A DNA stretch of 64,000 nucleotides from an uncultured delta proteobacterium (GCA_963745035.1 CAVUVW010000027.1:32001-96000), one strand, 5' to 3'. Numbered from the stretch's first letter, positions 11,572 to 20,146 are shown. Translations and numbers: made by a program. Notes: generated by a model from the sequence alone, not told the origin.

Positions 11572-11655
11572 CCGAGCTTCCGGCGCTCTCTTATCGTGCG
11601 CAGGCGAAAATCGCAGCTCATCGGTGTGCCGACAAGCGCGTCGCCGCCGGTTCGG

Positions 11656-12609
11656 CTATCTCACTTTCACCGTGACGCCGGCTTCTTTGTAGAACTTGGC
11701 CGCGCCGGGATGGAACGGCACGCCGATGTCTTCGGCCATCCCTTTCGGGCTCAGCGTCTTGATGTCCTTCACGATGGCTGACAGTTGCTGGGTGTTTTGC
11801 GCGATGGTCTTCGTCATAGCGTAGACCAAGTCTTCCGTGAGCTTGCAGGAAGCGACGATGTGGGTAGCATAGCCGATCACCTGCACATCCTTGTCCTGTT
11901 TCGGATAGGTGCCCTTGGGGATCGTATTCAGCGTGTAGCCGGGATTGAGCTTCTTCATCGCCTCGATCTGGTTGCCAAGATCGAGCAGCTTGATCTCGCG
12001 CGAAGTCGCGATGTCCATCACCGCGCTGGAGGGAATCGTCGTGCCGGCCGTGAAGGCGACGGCGTGGCCATCCTGCACCTGGGTCACGGCATCGGTGTAG
12101 GACACAAAGCTCATCTTTACGTCGTTGTAGGTCAACCCGTTGACCTGCAAGAGCTGCTTGGTGATCTCCTCGGCGGTGTTGCCGCGCGGTTGCGCGGCAA
12201 TCGCCTTGCCTTTGAAATCCTTGATCGAGTTGACCCCTGCATCAGCGCGTACGACCACCTGGAAATATTGCGGGTAGAGCGTCGCGACGTTGCAGACGTT
12301 GCCGTGCGGCTTATTGAACGGCGCTTTGCCGGCGACTGCATCGACCGTAGAAATCGAGTTGCCGATGCCGATATCGGTCTTGCCTTCTTCGATGCCGCGC
12401 ACGTTGGCGATGCCGGCGCCCGGCAGCGCTTGCACCGATGTGTTGGCAATGGCCTTTTCCCACAAGTCCTTGAGTTGGCCGCCAAGCGGCACCCAAGCGC
12501 CGCCCTGCGGCCCGGTCATAAACTTGAGCTCGGCCGCGGATGCGGTCGGTAAAACCGTGGTACTAAGAATGAGCAAACCCAACGTCAAAACACAGCAATG
12601 TTTTTTCAT
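11656..12609 (-). CDS. TAXI-family TRAP solute-binding protein
   Basis: Signal peptide, TGPQGGAW, LYPQYFQVVV and VPFHPGAAKFYKE. Confidence 0.93.
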   Translation of the reverse strand: MKKHCCVLTLGLLILSTTVLPTASAAELKFMTGPQGGAWVPLGGQLKDLWEKAIANTSVQALPGAGIANVRGIEEGKTDIGIGNSISTVDAVAGKAPFNKPHGNVCNVATLYPQYFQVVVRADAGVNSIKDFKGKAIAAQPRGNTAEEITKQLLQVNGLTYNDVKMSFVSYTDAVTQVQDGHAVAFTAGTTIPSSAVMDIATSREIKLLDLGNQIEAMKKLNPGYTLNTIPKGTYPKQDKDVQVIGYATHIVASCKLTEDLVYAMTKTIAQNTQQLSAIVKDIKTLSPKGMAEDIGVPFHPGAAKFYKEAGVTVKVR

Positions 12610-12745
12610 GGCGTTTCTCCTTTCGTGCGTACCGCCGAGCGAGCAGCACTGACAGCGGCGCGCTCGGAGAGATTCGCGTCGGCGTGTGACTACCGTCTTT
12701 TTTTAGGTCGAGTTCCAAGGATTTTATAAAAATGCTGACCGGGAG

Positions 12746-13150
12746 TTACTTGGTTCCCAGCCAGCCATGCTCCGAAAGGTCGACCGTGACGCCGTCCGGC
12801 ACGATGAACTTGACCTCGACATTGCCGCGCTTCGCCATTTCATCGGTTCCGGGATAGGGACGATGCACGGCGCCCGCCTTCTCGATCCGGGCACGTCCCT
12901 CGGCCATACTCTCGACTTCGAAACCGAAATGATGCAAGCCCGTGTACTTGGGCGCGCCTTCGGTGGTGGCCGGATCGTCGTACTTGAACTTTAAGATCGC
13001 GAGATTCACATGGCCGTCGCTCAGATAATAGCCCTCGGAAGTAGGGGTGTTGACCTTGCCGACTTGCTGCAAGCCGAGGCCTTCGATGTAAAATCGCGCC
13101 GTCGCCTCGGGATCACGTGTGCCGATCGCAATGTGCCGAATGCGTGCCAT
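12746..13150 (-). CDS. VOC/glyoxalase-family protein
   Basis: IRHIAI, GLHHFGFEV and PDGVTVDLSE. Confidence 0.88.
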   Translation of the reverse strand: MARIRHIAIGTRDPEATARFYIEGLGLQQVGKVNTPTSEGYYLSDGHVNLAILKFKYDDPATTEGAPKYTGLHHFGFEVESMAEGRARIEKAGAVHRPYPGTDEMAKRGNVEVKFIVPDGVTVDLSEHGWLGTK

Positions 13151-13358
13151 TGTCTACCTCCATTCCTTTGCAGGTTCGCTAATTATTTCTGCGGAAATGA
13201 CACTCGGTGAGTGAATCGCGAAGGGGCGGTGTGCCGATTTCCGCGAAGTGAAATCGCCGCTAATCTAGTTCTATCGCTGGAGCATTGCAATCTCATTGCG
13301 TGCGCGACTTCCAGCAGCATCCTTGTCATTCCGCGCAAACTGACATATTTCTCCGGCC

Positions 13359-14426
13359 ATGCGCTACGGGCTTTTCTATTTGCCGTCGTCGCTGCCGGCG
13401 ACACGCGCCGAAGGTGCGGAGCGGTTCCGCACCATCATCGATCAGGTTGTCTACGGCGAGGAGATCGGCTTCGATTCCGTTTGGCTCGCCGAGCACCATT
13501 TTCATGCGTTCGCGGGGATGTTTTCGGCGCCCACTGTGATCGGCGCGGCGATTGCCGAGAGAACGAAAAGGATGCGTATCGGCACGGCGGTCCTGCTCTT
13601 GCCGTATCACAATCCGCTTCGTGTCGCGGAAGATTACGCGACCCTCGATTGTTTGAGCAACGGCAGGCTCGAATTCGGCATCGGCCACGGATTCGTGAAA
13701 TGGGAAGCGCTGACATTCGGCATCCCGCTCGACGACTTGCGTGTTCGTTTCAAGGAAAATATCGAGGTGGTGCTCAAAGCATGGAGCGAGCCCAAGCTCG
13801 ATTACAAAGGCCGGTTCTACGACTATAGCGGCGTACAGGTCTGGCCGCGGCCGTTGCAGGAGCCCTATCCGGCCGTCTGGATGGCGGCGACCACTTCGGT
13901 TGAATCCTTCGAGCTATCGGGACGCTGTGGGTTTCACATGATGCTCATCCCGTTTCTGAATGAAGTCGAAGAGCTTCGTCGCAAGATGCAAGCTTATTTC
14001 GAGGCGCGCCAAGCGGCGGGGTTTGATCCCTCAACGGCGCGCGTGCTGGGCGCATATCATGCCTATGTCGGCGAAACTGCCGCGGAAGCACGCTCGGCTG
14101 GCGCGCGAGGACTCGCCGAATACAACTCGGCGGCGAGAGAGGCTCACAGCCTGACACCGGGCATGGCCGATCCTGCGTCTTATCGTAGTCATGAAAAGCA
14201 CCGCGAGCAGATGAAAGCGCTCACGTTCGACGAATTGGTCGATCAGGGTCGAGTGCTTGTCGGTACGGCGGAACAAGTGCGCGAAAAATTGGAATATGTT
14301 CGCGAGCGGCTTTATCTCACCGATGTGGCGGGAAACTTCGCCTTGGGTGGATTGACCGATGCGCAGGCGCGCGTGTCGATGCGACGATTCATGGAAGAAG
14401 TAGCGCCGAAGATTCGTGATCAGTAG
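13359..14426 (+). CDS. LLM-class flavin-dependent oxidoreductase
   Basis: GFDSVWLAEHHF, RIGTAV and NPLRVAEDYATLDCLSNGRLEFGIG. Confidence 0.93.
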   Translation: MRYGLFYLPSSLPATRAEGAERFRTIIDQVVYGEEIGFDSVWLAEHHFHAFAGMFSAPTVIGAAIAERTKRMRIGTAVLLLPYHNPLRVAEDYATLDCLSNGRLEFGIGHGFVKWEALTFGIPLDDLRVRFKENIEVVLKAWSEPKLDYKGRFYDYSGVQVWPRPLQEPYPAVWMAATTSVESFELSGRCGFHMMLIPFLNEVEELRRKMQAYFEARQAAGFDPSTARVLGAYHAYVGETAAEARSAGARGLAEYNSAAREAHSLTPGMADPASYRSHEKHREQMKALTFDELVDQGRVLVGTAEQVREKLEYVRERLYLTDVAGNFALGGLTDAQARVSMRRFMEEVAPKIRDQ

Positions 14427-14513
14427 CATTCATTCTTCATTGAGAATAACATTGACATGAAAGAAACTCAGGAATAAGAAGCAGCCAGCAGATTGTAATC
14501 CGTGGAGGTGAAC

Positions 14514-15281
14514 ATGGGCAAGCTCAGGCATATCGCGTTTATTTCGGCGGAGCCGAAGAAGCTGAGCGATTTTTATCAGAAGTATTTCGGCTTCGAGGAG
14601 TGCAAGGTCTTCCCGAGCGGATCGAGAATGGTGATCGATCCGCTGTTCAATCTGGCATTTCTGCAGAGCCGAGGCGACCAAGCAGGGGCCGTTGTCGGCA
14701 CGCACCGGGCGGACGGCGCCGAAGTCGAGCGCCAACCTGGAATTCATCACTACGGTTTTCTTGTCGATAATTTGGATGAAGCCGTGGCCAAGCTGCCCGC
14801 CTCGCTCAATCGCGGCGCAAGTCCGCAAGTGTCAGCCGGAGTCGGCGGCGCCGAAGGTGCGCGACCGGCGGAGATGCGCTTTGTCGATCCGTGGGGCAAC
14901 AACGTCGATCTATCCTCGCGAGGATTTTTAGGCAGAGAAGAGAATAAACTTCCGGGAGTGCGATTGCTCGCCGTGCATGTTCCCGATTTGGCCGCGGCCT
15001 GTGAATTTTACCAACAGCAGTTCAATCTCAAGGTCGTCGGCTGGACCGATGACGGGACAATTCGCCTGAGCGACGGCACCGTGACGCTCTTGCTTACCAA
15101 GTCACAAGTGCGGCCGAAGAGCGGCGTGCAATACTTCGGCATTCAGGTTGACGATCTCGCAGGCGTTAAGAAGCGCTTGCGGGATGGTGGTGTGGAGATC
15201 CGAGAAGGGTCGCAGGAGATTCGGTTGACCGATCCGGAAGGCAATCAGGTGGCAGTCTCGCAAAGTGGTTGGGCGAACTGA
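14514..15281 (+). CDS. Two-domain VOC-family protein
   Basis: LRHIAF, GIHHYGF, DPWGNNVDLS and DPEGNQV repeats; GGAGG RBS. Confidence 0.85.
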   Translation: MGKLRHIAFISAEPKKLSDFYQKYFGFEECKVFPSGSRMVIDPLFNLAFLQSRGDQAGAVVGTHRADGAEVERQPGIHHYGFLVDNLDEAVAKLPASLNRGASPQVSAGVGGAEGARPAEMRFVDPWGNNVDLSSRGFLGREENKLPGVRLLAVHVPDLAAACEFYQQQFNLKVVGWTDDGTIRLSDGTVTLLLTKSQVRPKSGVQYFGIQVDDLAGVKKRLRDGGVEIREGSQEIRLTDPEGNQVAVSQSGWAN

Positions 15282-15296
15282 TCCGCAAACCTCATA

Positions 15297-15324
15297 GTGG
15301 GGGCGACCGGCCGGTCGCCCCCAC
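15297..15324. repeat. REP-like perfect palindrome (GTGG variant)
   Basis: GTGGGGGCGACCGGCCGGTCGCCCCCAC, between convergent genes. Confidence 0.85.
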
Positions 15325-15326
15325 AT

Positions 15327-16283
15327 CTACCGTAGACCCAACTCCTTCTGAATTTCTCGTAGAATACTGAAATCGGCGATCTCGCCGAGTGGCACTTCGC
15401 GAGTGATTTTTGCGTCGCGCTTGGCCTGATCGATCAGCAGCTTCAATCCATCCTCAGGGATGCCGCCGTCGGCGCTGATGACTTTTACCGTCGCATCATA
15501 GGACGCGTAGGCGTGTTCCGGCTTGGCCTTTCCCCACTCCATTAAAATTTTTGCGGCTTCCTCCCGATTGTCGCGAATGAAACGGCTTGCCTTGATCAAG
15601 GCTTTGGTCGTCCGTTTAACCTGGTCGCGGTTTTGCTGAATCGATTTCGCGTTCAATCCGACACCGGACAGCGGATAATTCAGATATTCATAGGCGCGCG
15701 CCAGAACGTTGAATCCCGACTTCTTGCCCTCGAAGTCCCATGGCGGTGAGGTGACCACGGCGTCGGCGAGTTTTTGTTGCAATCCCGCAAACCGGCCAGA
15801 ATCCGGGCCGAGCGGCACGAATTGAACTTCCTTGTCGGGATCGACGCCGTTGCGCGCCAGGATAATTCTTGCCAGGACTTGCGTGGCGTCGCCGAAGCCG
15901 GCGAGACCGATTTTTTTGCCGCTCAGATCTTTAATCGATTTGATATCCGCGCGCGCGAGCAAGACGTGCGGAGAGCTGGTCATCAAACCGGCCACTAAGC
16001 GAACCGGCAATCCGCGAATCGCCGCCCGAATCACGGTACCGGTCAACAGAGTGAAATCGATGTCACCGTTCGAGAGCGCAGCGATCGACGGCGCGGCGCC
16101 CATGACGACAATGTCGGCGTCGAGTCCTTCGTCCTTGAAAAATCCCTTACGCTGCGCAACTCCGGCGGGTAGAAAAATCATGTTGTAGCCGCCGGAGACC
16201 GAGATGCGGATTTTTTCCGCGGCGTAAGCATCGAAAACGCCGAAGAAGACGGCTAGGAGCAGGCCAAAGCGGATTCCCGTCAT
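15327..16283 (-). CDS. NitT/TauT (SsuA/THI5-like) ABC substrate-binding protein
   Basis: Signal peptide, KGFFKDEGLD and DLSGKKIG; paralog of 60542..61495. Confidence 0.88.
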   Translation of the reverse strand: MTGIRFGLLLAVFFGVFDAYAAEKIRISVSGGYNMIFLPAGVAQRKGFFKDEGLDADIVVMGAAPSIAALSNGDIDFTLLTGTVIRAAIRGLPVRLVAGLMTSSPHVLLARADIKSIKDLSGKKIGLAGFGDATQVLARIILARNGVDPDKEVQFVPLGPDSGRFAGLQQKLADAVVTSPPWDFEGKKSGFNVLARAYEYLNYPLSGVGLNAKSIQQNRDQVKRTTKALIKASRFIRDNREEAAKILMEWGKAKPEHAYASYDATVKVISADGGIPEDGLKLLIDQAKRDAKITREVPLGEIADFSILREIQKELGLR

Positions 16284-16383
16284 AATGAACCTCCGAACGG
16301 CTCGACGCTTTACGAAGTTTATAACCGCCAGCACGAACTGCTTCCCGACCTACAATGACTTAGACGCGTTGTAAGGCGGTTGG

Positions 16384-16866
16384 TCATCTTTTTTGGACTC
16401 CAATCAGCGCAAAGAACTCTGTCTCCATGTGATGAAGCGCCTCAGCGTTGCCGTGCTTGAAGTCTCTGAAGGGCTGCCAAAACCGAAATATTCGTGTACG
16501 GCGGAAGGGGCGAAAAACGACGGCGAGCGGATTGAATCGCCGGTAGCCGCCGAAATGATGGAACGCTAGCCGAGCTAGTGAAATGCGCCAGCGCTTACGC
16601 TGCGACCAATTGAGAACAACGGCCCGTTCGCCGATGTACGGAAGAATGTGTTGATCGATATATTCGCGCCAAATGGGGCTTTCGGAGTAGACGAAGAGGA
16701 TGTCACGCCCGCGCAAGCACCACCACATCCAAATGGCGATGTGTAGACAAACCGTTGATACGACAAAGAACAGAAGCGCGACCGTTATAAGGATGATTAT
16801 TACCGGAGCGAAAGAAATGATGAGTGCCAGCTGCCACCATTTGAATTTCGATTCTCGACTCTCCAT
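16384..16866 (-). CDS. Hypothetical membrane-anchored protein (possible thioredoxin-like soluble domain without CxxC)
   Basis: 160 aa; long N-terminal hydrophobic segment, then a beta-alpha-beta-alpha-(Pro)beta-beta-alpha-like pattern judged by eye. Confidence 0.55.
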   Translation of the reverse strand: MESRESKFKWWQLALIISFAPVIIILITVALLFFVVSTVCLHIAIWMWWCLRGRDILFVYSESPIWREYIDQHILPYIGERAVVLNWSQRKRWRISLARLAFHHFGGYRRFNPLAVVFRPFRRTRIFRFWQPFRDFKHGNAEALHHMETEFFALIGVQKR

Positions 16867-16889
16867 GAGCCTGCTGACCAGGTTAACCG

Positions 16890-17420
16890 CTACCGCCGGT
16901 TGTCGTTAGACTCGGGCCGCAGATTGTCGATCGGCTGAATAAGCTGCGTCTCGACATCGTCGGGTATTTCAGCACGGCGCACAATCTTTGGCCATAGCTC
17001 AAGCGGCGGTGCTTTGATCAATGACGCATCGAGCGCGACATCATCAAGATCGTCGTGCAAAAAAGGGCGCTGGCCGCAATGACGGGCATCGCACGAGGCG
17101 CGGATCCCCGGACGGCACTCGCGCCAATGGCAGATGCGGCCGATGTAGTTACCGGACGGATCGGCCAGAAAGATGTCAGCACCTCTATTTTGGCTCTGAG
17201 CGTGTCCTTTCAGTCTTCGACCCGCGGCTGCTAGGTGAGTGAGATCGGCGTCATCATCGACAGTGACCAGCACGTCGGCATCCTTCGGATCGGTTTTGCC
17301 TGTTGTCAGCGAACCGATGAGCGCGATGCGACGAACACCTGGAAAAAATCGAGCATGCTCGACAAACTGCCGGACCTCGGAGAGTAGAACAGTTCGAATT
17401 GTTGACTCGCCGTTTGTCAC
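16890..17420 (-). CDS. Nucleotidyltransferase-domain protein with Cys/His-rich insert
   Basis: Pol-beta/MNT motif RIALIGSLTTGKTDPKDADVLV; CHWREC...CDARHC cluster. Confidence 0.7.
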   Translation of the reverse strand: MTNGESTIRTVLLSEVRQFVEHARFFPGVRRIALIGSLTTGKTDPKDADVLVTVDDDADLTHLAAAGRRLKGHAQSQNRGADIFLADPSGNYIGRICHWRECRPGIRASCDARHCGQRPFLHDDLDDVALDASLIKAPPLELWPKIVRRAEIPDDVETQLIQPIDNLRPESNDNRR

Positions 17421-17755
17421 CTGTCATTGCCTAGCATGTAAATAAGGTTGCTGGCCCATTGTTCTATCTGCGTTGAGGCGAATCGTTCAAACATCCCGCG
17501 TGGAACGTCCGCTATGCCCGATACTTCCAAGGTCGAGTCATCGTTATTCGCGATTTACCTTCTTGATCGACATATTGTCAATCGTGGGTCGCTGGCGAAC
17601 CTTCAACACAGCTGGTCAGTAGAGAGCACGCGCGATCAGAGGTTCTCAGGATGCGACTTGGATTAGGAGCGATTCTAGAGTCGATCCTTACTCCGTCGCA
17701 ATCTACTTGACCTGTTCCAAGCGCGGGGTGTAGTTGTGGCGAAGCAAGGACGGGC

Positions 17756-17778
17756 GGCGTATGCAATACGCCTTTACA
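17756..17778. repeat. Degenerate REP-like palindrome
   Basis: GGCGTAT-GCA-ATACGCC followed by TTTACA, just upstream of the cupin gene. Confidence 0.45.
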
Positions 17779-17816
17779 AAGAATCATTGGGCGACCATTC
17801 AAGACTAGGAGGTAAG

Positions 17817-18191
17817 ATGCGCGTACTTAAAATTGGTGAGCTGCAGGAAAAACCGATGGATACCGCGACGCCGATCGCCGGGTGGACTGGTGGAGAGGTG
17901 AGCCGGACGCGGCAAGCGGTGATCGGCGACGGGCAGTCGGAAAATTTTCGCTGCAACGTCGTCAACTTTCGCGTCGGGGCGACCACGGGGTGGCATGTGC
18001 ATGATTGCGACCAGATTCTCGTCGTTACGGCGGGGAAGGGCAAGGTTGCAACTGAAGGCGAAGAGCGCGACATCGCCGTCGGCGATATCGTGCATATCAA
18101 AGCCGGCGAGCGCCACTGGCACGGCGCGACAGCGGAAACTCCGATGTCGCACATCACGGTGACGACGGTCGGCAGCACCTCGAAGCATTGA
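17817..18191 (+). CDS. Cupin-domain protein
   Basis: GWHVHDCDQIL and GDIVHIKAGERHWHG metal motifs; GGAGG RBS. Confidence 0.9.
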   Translation: MRVLKIGELQEKPMDTATPIAGWTGGEVSRTRQAVIGDGQSENFRCNVVNFRVGATTGWHVHDCDQILVVTAGKGKVATEGEERDIAVGDIVHIKAGERHWHGATAETPMSHITVTTVGSTSKH

Positions 18192-18233
18192 GCAGCGTAC
18201 TGATCCGGCTTTAGCTTCGGAGGAGGAATAGTC

Positions 18234-19124
18234 ATGCAAATTCTCAAAGGCGACTTGAGTAACGTCAAAGGAATCCCTCCGAGCGGGCTCTGCGTCGGTG
18301 TTCATCGGGCGGGCGCCGTGCACCAGAAGATGGTCGCGAAGCACGGCGAAGGTCTTGCGGTCTGGTCGCTCAGACCCGATCTTGATTTCATCGCTTTCAA
18401 AAAGGAAGGGTTGGGGGAACAGGGAATTCGCTCGACTAGCGACATGGAATCAATAGACGCGGATGAAAAACTGATATACGGCGTGCGCGGGGCGCCGCCC
18501 GAGGTGAGAGAAAAAGCGCGCGAAAAAGGCCTCACGCTGCTGGCCGACGCGACCTGTCCTTTCGTGACTCAGCAGGAAGAGGCGGAAATCGAGCTGCTGA
18601 ACGCCGGCTGTCACCTGGTCGTTCTCAGCAGCCGCACGCATCACGGCATCCCAAGGCTCCAGGGGATTGCGCAAGCGAAAGGCAAAGAGGTCTTTATCGT
18701 CGAACGCGAAGAAGAAGTCCATTCGATTCGTCTCACTCGTTTCGAGCCCATCGGCGTGATTGTGCAGACGACCTTCTGGTTGGAAACTTACAAGAAAATT
18801 ATCGGGCGCATACTCGAGCGCTTCGCCAACGTGCAGATTCGCAACACAGCTTGCATCGACTCGCTGCAGCGTCTTCCAGAAGTCGAGAAGCTTGCCAAAC
18901 AAGTCGATGCGATCATTATTTTCGGCTGGACCGAAGGAATGACAACCCGAATGGTCGAAGTTGCGCGGGCTTTCAATGCTCATGTGCACAAAATTGAAAA
19001 AGTCGACGATCTCCAGCTCGATTGGCTGCGGGGAAAAGAGAAGGTGGGCATCATCGGCGCCAACGAGACTCCCGAATGGATGATCAATGAGGCAATCGAG
19101 CGCATCAAAAGCATGGCGGCCTGA
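18234..19124 (+). CDS. IspH/LytB-family [4Fe-4S] protein, divergent (HMBPP-reductase-like fold)
   Basis: Three cluster cysteines retained (GLCVGV, DATCPFV, NTACID) and VQTT; substrate-binding His/Glu/SSN motifs altered. Confidence 0.85.
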   Translation: MQILKGDLSNVKGIPPSGLCVGVHRAGAVHQKMVAKHGEGLAVWSLRPDLDFIAFKKEGLGEQGIRSTSDMESIDADEKLIYGVRGAPPEVREKAREKGLTLLADATCPFVTQQEEAEIELLNAGCHLVVLSSRTHHGIPRLQGIAQAKGKEVFIVEREEEVHSIRLTRFEPIGVIVQTTFWLETYKKIIGRILERFANVQIRNTACIDSLQRLPEVEKLAKQVDAIIIFGWTEGMTTRMVEVARAFNAHVHKIEKVDDLQLDWLRGKEKVGIIGANETPEWMINEAIERIKSMAA

Positions 19125-19127
19125 GCT

Positions 19128-19409
19128 ATGCCGAAAGTGACTTTCATGCCGGCCGGACAGTCCTTTGAAGTGGCGGCGGGCACGACGATCCTGGTTTCGG
19201 CGATCCAGAACGGCTTACAGCTGCGCCACGACTGCACCGAAGCGATTTGCGGCACGGACCGGGTGAAGATCCTGTCCGGTAAAGAACAGCTGAGCGAAAA
19301 GGATGAGAACGAGGAATTGACCCTCGAAATGATGAACGCAGAGCCGGACGACAGGCTGGCTTGCGTCGCGCGGATTATCGGCGACGTGACTGTCCTAGTG
19401 ATCGACTGA
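19128..19409 (+). CDS. [2Fe-2S] ferredoxin (CxxxxCxxD...C)
   Basis: HDCTEAICGTDRVKI...RLAC; starts 3 nt after the IspH-like stop. Confidence 0.88.
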   Translation: MPKVTFMPAGQSFEVAAGTTILVSAIQNGLQLRHDCTEAICGTDRVKILSGKEQLSEKDENEELTLEMMNAEPDDRLACVARIIGDVTVLVID

Positions 19410-19458
19410 ACAACCCAAGGAAAACCGAGAGAGCTTACCGCCCGATTAAGGAGTAGCG

Positions 19459-20013
19459 ATGGCTTACATCAAAACCATCCCGCCTGCAGAGGCGACCGGC
19501 AAGCTCAAAGAGGTTTACAGCGCCAGCAGCGGGCCGTCGGCGGCGCGCGGAAAGGTGGCGATGATTCGCCAGGTACAGAGCTTGAATCCTGACGCTCTTG
19601 CGGCCTGGAGCGCCCTCGGCGCTGAGATCATGCATGGCCGGTCGCGGATCACGCGTCGCCAGCGCGAGATGATCGCCACGGTGGTATCAGCAGCCAATCA
19701 CTGTAGTTATTGAATGACGGCGCACGGGGAGGCTCTCCGTACTGAATCGAACGACGATCCTCTGGTCGAAGGCATCAAGCGGGATTACACCCAGTTGAAT
19801 TTGCCGGCGGCCGAGCGGGCGATGTTGGATTACGCCGTAAAACTGACGGCGGCGCCGTCGAGCGTCGATGAAAGCGACATCAAAAACTTGCGCTCCCACG
19901 GCTTCGACGACCGGGATATTCTAGATATCGTCTACGTGATCTGCCTGTACAATTTTAACGACCGGATGGCGGACGCGACCGGAATCAAAGGGCATGATTT
20001 TCTGGCGGGTTGA
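19459..20013 (+). CDS. AhpD/carboxymuconolactone-decarboxylase-like peroxidase-related protein, probable selenoprotein (UGA=Sec at 19711-19713)
   Basis: ORFs 19459..19713 and 19714..20013 are in the same frame; readthrough gives REMIATVVSAANHCSY-U-MTAHG, matching the family NxCxYCxxxH motif; 184 aa. Confidence 0.85.
19722..19742 (+). promoter_or_regulatory. Candidate bacterial SECIS hairpin
   Basis: ACGGGGA-GGC-TCTCCGT stem-loop (one G-U pair) starting 11 nt after the UGA, with G in the apical loop. Confidence 0.6.
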
Positions 20014-20042
20014 ACTTCAGCGCGCTCAAAAGGCAAAGAATG

Positions 20043-20146
20043 CTTCGACGAGTCAGCATGAACGGAACATCACCAATAACATCCAATCCCCTCCGCTCGT
20101 CCTGAGACTGTCGAAGGACTGGATTCCCGCGAAACATGCGGAAATG
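20043..20146. repeat. Mosaic of palindromic REP-like elements
   Basis: CTTCGAC..TCAGCATGAACGG / CCGCTCGTCCTGAGACTGTCGAAGG (same family as 37178-37255), followed by CTGGATTCCCGC..ACATGCGG (reverse copy of the 37801 family arm). Confidence 0.65.

Noticed and set aside
16384-16720. TIR domain in the membrane protein (DILFVYS...HILPYI)
   Set aside because: The resemblance is limited to the first strand and helix; the domain is too short and shows no catalytic Glu helix.
19459-20013. Two separate small genes (84 aa and 99 aa) as in the ORF track
   Set aside because: The split falls exactly on the catalytic CxxC position, the second ATG has no RBS and a SECIS-like hairpin follows; one recoded gene is more parsimonious.
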